Part shown: positions 58,758-64,000 of the stretch, piece after piece
Layout: each line of letters starts with the position of its first letter
How positions within the stretch are numbered: position 1 is the first letter of the stretch
Position numbers and translations under genes: made by a program
Notes under the pieces: model-generated
Told to the model about the DNA's origin: nothing
Database searches by the model: none
The model's input: the letters and a program-made list of their open reading frames with translations, nothing else
From: Fimicolochytrium jonesii
Taxonomy: Eukaryota
Assembly (NCBI RefSeq): GCF_025526975.1
Contig: NW_026515674.1
Span: 62,001 to 126,000 of the forward strand
Direction of reading: 5' to 3'
Length of the DNA stretch: 64,000 bases

Positions 58758-60003
58758 GCGTACTTCACCCTGCTCCCGCAAAAGCCTTAATCACCGGCCT
58801 GTGACATTCTACATCCCCTTAGTTATCCGTAAAATTATCGACTCTCCTAGCACATATGTATCTATTCTTTTTTGGAATTGTAACCATCCGTTGCGGATTG
58901 GAAATCAAAAACAACTATCTCATTCCACATCATATTGCATATGCACTTCAGACACTTCGAAGTGAGAAACGAGTATCTTCGTATTGAGCAGAAACTTCAG
59001 AGCAGGTAATGGTTGTCCACATCAAATTCGGACAATGTAGATAAGATTTGCTGAAGCATCATCGTAACTGCTCAATACAACGCAATGTACGCCATCCACC
59101 AAAGCTAATGGGCGGAACAGCCGCCATGAACCATAAAACCAACGGAACCACTCCGCGATTGCGGATATGCTTGTCCACAAGGAAACGAGCGGTGTCGCAG
59201 CGGCGGAGTAGCAGCCGAGAAGAATATGAGGCGAGTGTCCTTGCCTCGAAGGATTGTGCACAGGTGAAATGCGAACCAATGTTGAAGTCACCGAACCGGT
59301 TTATTCTCTCCTCAAATGCTTTGCAGAAAACAGTGCTAGTGGCGCAAGGTGGCGCAGGGCCCAAACTCCGATCAGTCCCGCGTCGTTCCTTCCAGCAAGA
59401 TTCACCGTGGGCGACAAGGGTAGGCGTTCCAGAACATACAGCCGACCGGAGGGTAGAACAGATGTAGAGGAACGAGAGGGATGTATACACATAGAGGCGT
59501 GGTTGGCATGGAGTGTTCGCTAGTGAAGGAAACGGAAGAGAGGAGACGGATTGACAGTACATGTTCAGTTTGTCAAAACCGTTGACGGCATTCCTCAGAT
59601 GTGCGTCTTTCCCTCTCCGGGCCAGAAACGCCGTCAATAACCTGCCGGACAGGATGACGAGATATGTCAAGGGGATATTGCGATGCCCGAATTTGGGCAG
59701 CGGAGTCACTCGTACATCAGGCCAGGCCAGATATCCGGCTGAGAACATTCCTGTAGGCCTCGACCCTCCTCAAACTCTTCCACACTATCTATTGGTGCAT
59801 ACGGCTCTGAAACCCCAGCTCCTTCGTTGTTGATTTCCTCTTTTTGTCCTCGCCCATTTTCAAAACTTGAAATTTTGAGAATGTAAGACTCTTCCAAGCT
59901 TGTAACTCTCCCAGAAACAGGGACAAGGAAGTTTTGATGTTGTTTGATGAGAAGGATGATGCTGATCAAGGATTTCTGACCAGATTCACCTGCAACTTTC
60001 AAA

Positions 60004-63000
60004 ATGGCACACGATTCCCCCATCCAGCTCACGGATCTGCCTCTCCGTCCTACGCCGGGAGTGGATGGCAGAAACATCAAGGTACGTAGAAAATTAGGAG
60101 TATCGTTGATTCCGTGCGAAGATGCATCGGATCGCTCACTCTGCCTCCAATTGTCCATACACATAGATTCGATGCAACATTTACCCTCTAAGGTCTGTCC
60201 GGCGTTCGGGTTCCGTATTTCACATACTCAAACTAACGCCCGCTCTCCGCTCTAGAATGGCAGCAGAAACCATGGCCTATCAGTACGACGTAACGATGGT
60301 CCCAGACGTCACTGCCCTAGCCAAACGAGCCTGGCGCCTAGCGCAGCCCCTCTTCCTCCAAAACGACGAACGGGCGTACATCGCCTACGACGGCAAAAAA
60401 AATGCCTTCAGCACCGTCGATTTCCAAACCACTACGGTTACCGTCACTATCGACAAGGACGAGGACGACTATTACCCGAATTCCATATTACCCCCACCGG
60501 TCCGTGGGGAAAGAAATTCCCGCAGTGGTGGGAGAGCGGGACGGGGAGGACGGGAATCGAGAGGTGGGTTTGGGGGTCGGAGGTCGGATCGGGGGTCTGC
60601 GGATCCGTATGATGGACCGGTGTCGGCGGGACCTGTGAGTTCGAAGGGATGGGCACCGCAGAGCTATGCTATTGAGCAGGCGCCAGAGAGTACCGAACCA
60701 AGGAAGCCGAAGACGGAAGAGGTGACAATTACATTGAAGCAGGTAGGTGTCATTTGTGGTACCCCTGCGCTACTCAGGATGAAGCTGATCAAGACATGGT
60801 CTAAATCCCAAACAGGTGGCGAAAATCGACTTCCACTCCCTCATGCTTTTCATGAGCCGACAAGGGGCCGAAGATGACACAGCGCTGCATGCAACCACAG
60901 CTCTCAGCACCGTTCTCCGCCACGTACCAGGCATGACCTTCGTCACCGCGGGAGCGAACTTCTATAGCCCAGAGGACCGAACGCATATCGCCGGCGGGCT
61001 GGAAATTTGGCGTGGGTATCATCAAAGCATCCGTGTCATGATGGCAGGTCATTTAGGCGTAAATGTGGACGTGGCAGCAACAGTTTTCCGACAGGGCGAG
61101 GTGACCCTCTTAGAGCTACTGAAGAATGCGCTGAAGTGCCGAGACTTTGACGAGATGGCCGATAAAATCCGGGAAATGGGCACACCGGCCGTGAGGCAGC
61201 GGCTGACGTCTGATTTCAAGGGAGCGAATGTCGTGACGACGCATCGGTCCGATATGAAGCAGAGGTTCAACATCGGCAGCATTTCGAGGGATACCGCCGA
61301 CACCTATATGTTTGACGTCAACGGCGTCAAGATGTCGGTGACCGAGTACTTCTTCTCGCAGTATAGGATCACACTCAACTATCCGTATCTGCCGTTAGCG
61401 CTGAAGGTGAGATCTATTTAGCTTGCCTTTTGACATTTGGATGGACTAACCTGAACGGGTGATGTCTTAGGCAAACGGAAAATCAGCCTTCCCGCTCGAA
61501 TTCTTGAAGATGACTCCATCTCAACGCTTCAAGAAGAAGCTTAACGGCGAGCAGACAGCGGATATGATTCGTGCTACAGTGCAGCGGCCCATCGACCGCG
61601 AGAAGAAAATAGCTTCCGCCGTAAATGGGACGCTAAAGTACCAGAACAACGACCACCTCAGATCCTTCGGCCTAGCCGTCGAGCCACAACCCATGACCAT
61701 CCCCGCACGCATCCTCACCGCACCCAACGTTGTGTTTGGCAACAACCAGCTCTTTAAAGGCGGCGAAGGGTTCTGGAAGCTTGGGAAACAACTGGCCAAG
61801 CCGTCAAAGATCAGCAGCTACGCTTTCGCGTTCTTCGTGAACATCGACCAAAGAGAGGCTCTGACGATCCGGAATCAGCTATTGGATGGGTTTCAGAATA
61901 CGGGAATTCTATTCGCGTCCCTGGACGATAGCCCTCTCAGGATCCAGAATCCGGACGACTCGCAGAACGTCAGGCGGTGTCTCCATTCCCTCGCGCGGGA
62001 AGCGAAGCAGATTTACGATTACCGGTGTCAGATCATATTCTGTATAGCGCCGCGGGGGCTGAGGACGGATAATGGCCTTCGGGTGCTGTATGAAGAGATC
62101 AAGAGGATTACATTGACGGAGATGGATGTGCTGTCCCAATGTCTGGACTATAACAAGACGAAGCTCGATCGGCTAAATCCCAAATACTCCGAAAACGTTG
62201 CTTTGAAGGTGAGGTTTTGTGATTGTTGCCTTCCTGGCTTGCGCTCTTGCTCAAATACTCTCTATCATTGCAGGTGAACGTCAAAATGGGAGGCGCGACC
62301 AACTTCGTCGACAAACTCCCCCTGATGGATAAGCCCACCCTCATCTGCGGCGCGGACGTAACCCACGCCCACGCCGGGTCGGCAGCGCCATCCGTCGCCG
62401 CCGTCGTAACTTCCACCGACCGCTCAGCCACAAAATACCGCACCTTCCTCTCGGCACAAGCCTCCCGAGTCGAAATCATCCAAGACATGGAACGCATCAT
62501 GGGCGAAGCGATTGACGCCTTTGCATCCAGCCAGAAAACGTTCCCGGCGCGGGTCATATTCTTCCGCGACGGGGTGTCCTCCGGGCAGTTCAAGGAAGTG
62601 CGGGAGACGGAGATCGCGGCCATCAAGAGGGTCTTTGCCAAACGCAAGCTGAACGGCACGCAGCTCACGTTTGTGATTGTGCAGAAGAGACATCATATTA
62701 GGCTGTTTCCGAATGATAACAACCAGGACAAGTCAGGGAATTGTTTGCCGGGTACAACGGTGAGACATCCCTCTGGGCGATGCTTTGAGTTTCCCATTAA
62801 GCTCACCTGCGTTGTGATATCCTCCCAGGTTGATACAGTAATCACACATCCCAGCGAATTCAACTTCATTCTTCAATCGCACGCCGGCCTCCAAGGCACA
62901 TCCCGGCCGACGCTATATCACGTCATATACGACGACATGGATATGGGTTCAGACCAGTTACAGCAGCTATGCTATAACCTGTGCTTCTTATCTGAACGAG

Positions 63001-63277
63001 CGAATCGGAGCATCAACATGGTCGCGCCTGCATATCGGGCGCATCTAGCCGCTTACTGTGAGTTGCCATGCTTGAGCAAATGCCTCGTCGCATCTCATGT
63101 ACGAGCTCGCTGGCTGACCAACTCTCTTTCCTGAAAACACCAGACGGCCGGATGTTCCTAGAAGGCGACTTTGGATCCGACGCCGCATCAGCTCTCAGCG
63201 GCGCATCGCAGGAACTTCCAGTGGCCCTCCGCAAGGTCGCGTCAACAATGGACCAGCATACGATGTATTACATGTGA
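60004..63277 (+). CDS. Argonaute (N-L1-PAZ-L2-MID-PIWI), about 922 aa; exons 60004-60081, 60167-60192, 60256-60742, 60816-61406, 61471-62208, 62274-62759, 62829-63057, 63144-63277
   Basis: YQYDV, AYDGKKN, GGLEIWRGYHQSIR, NVDVAATVF, SVTEYF/LNYPYLP/FPLE (PAZ), YEEIK/SQCL/LKVNVKMGG (MID), GADVTH, RVEII, FFRDGVS, QKRHH, PGT|VD, QSHAGLQGTSRP, PAYRAHL, C-terminal MYYM. Seven GT-AG introns keep the frame. Confidence 0.96.
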
Positions 63278-64000
63278 AAAGATGCGTGAAGCGAAAGGTC
63301 ATTTCTGGGACTTGGGAGGTTGCCCAGCTTGTAGTTTAAGCGTTTTCTTCTTCTTGGACATATGCATTCATTGTTCTCTTCCACTTATTTACTTCGGTTT
63401 GAAGACAATAGGATATTTGAAACGGATTCTGTCCACCGATAACGCCCAGATCCACTACCTACATTATACATATACGGTACAGTTGTCTGGAAGTGAAATC
63501 CTTTGACTTCACGCCTTCAAGTTGCTCCATATCCAAAGTCCGACGGCGTCTCCTCGAAAGCCGTCGTTCTCATTCTCACAGCGTTTTCAGTATCCCTTTC
63601 AAATCTCGATATCGAGGACAGATGCCAGGAACTCGCAAGCGGCTCACGACTGCCGCGTCTCCCTCCACCTCTTGTAACTTATACAAAACTGCGATTCGGG
63701 CGCTTGCTGACGTCGTGCTGGGTGAATACGTCCGTTCCCTGGCTATGAAGTACCGTCCTGATGAAACTGGTGGGTTCGAAGCCCAGCAAGTAATACATAG
63801 CCGATACGGACAGGCGAATTGCAGTTTCAACAACGAGAAGGACACCTGTGGCATCGGCGTCAGGGACACCGTACTCTTTTGGACCGTTTGTAGATTATTG
63901 CCCCGAAAAGCACGAGGGAAAGTTATCATTCCCACCAGGCCCGTCTCACTGCCCATCGTATTCATATCCATCAAGGCCGTAGAGGTGGGACCCAACCTGC

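Noticed and set aside
59048..59833. Overlapping 139-229 aa ORFs between pirin and Argonaute as a possible Argonaute partner gene
   Set aside because: No domain motifs, no consistent codon bias and no convincing exon structure.
28906..62828. Several stop-free introns of length 3n (28906-28977, 34792-34860, 51024-51095, 53581-53640, 58579-58647, 62760-62828)
   Set aside because: About six among several dozen short introns is near chance expectation, so this is not evidence of programmed retention.
31048..63277. Apparent cluster of nucleic-acid genes (RNase H2B, RAD51D, Tls1-like, Argonaute)
   Set aside because: They are spread over 32 kb and interleaved with unrelated genes; no functional clustering can be shown without synteny data.
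63503..64000. Minus-strand ORF fragments at the window end
   Set aside because: Stop-interrupted, unrecognisable and truncated by the window edge.

Overview
Intron-rich eukaryotic genomic DNA (short GT-AG introns, CTAAC/CTGAC branch points). It is most likely fungal and probably early-diverging/chytrid-like; this is inferred from gene content (UBE2S, RAD51D, IBTK-like, Argonaute). About 17 host protein-coding genes can be reconstructed by hand: secreted carboxylesterase, CLC transporter, complex I 75 kDa subunit, an orphan GT-A-like glycosyltransferase, P450, UBE2S, a small hypothetical protein, a USP protein, RNase H2B, an ankyrin-RCC1-BTB protein, a Zds_C-like protein, a CsbD-like protein, an AT-hook/polyQ/triple-Cys4 protein, RAD51D, C9orf78/Tls1, pirin and a slicer-type Argonaute. 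There is also one tRNA-Gln(TTG) and an F-box pseudogene. A complete 6.5 kb Ty3/Gypsy LTR retrotransposon (7943-14447) has identical 143-bp LTRs, a GTAAG target-site duplication, a tRNA-type PBS and a -1 frameshift signal, but its RT motif is dead (YMND), its integrase tail is frameshifted and it shows many CpG-type Arg->Cys/His changes. The best novelty candidates are the AT-hook + three tandem Cys4-finger protein, the young-but-dead retroelement, and the Argonaute with an internal RGG loop. I found no multi-gene novel system that I can support. All family assignments come from motif recognition by eye, not from database searches.
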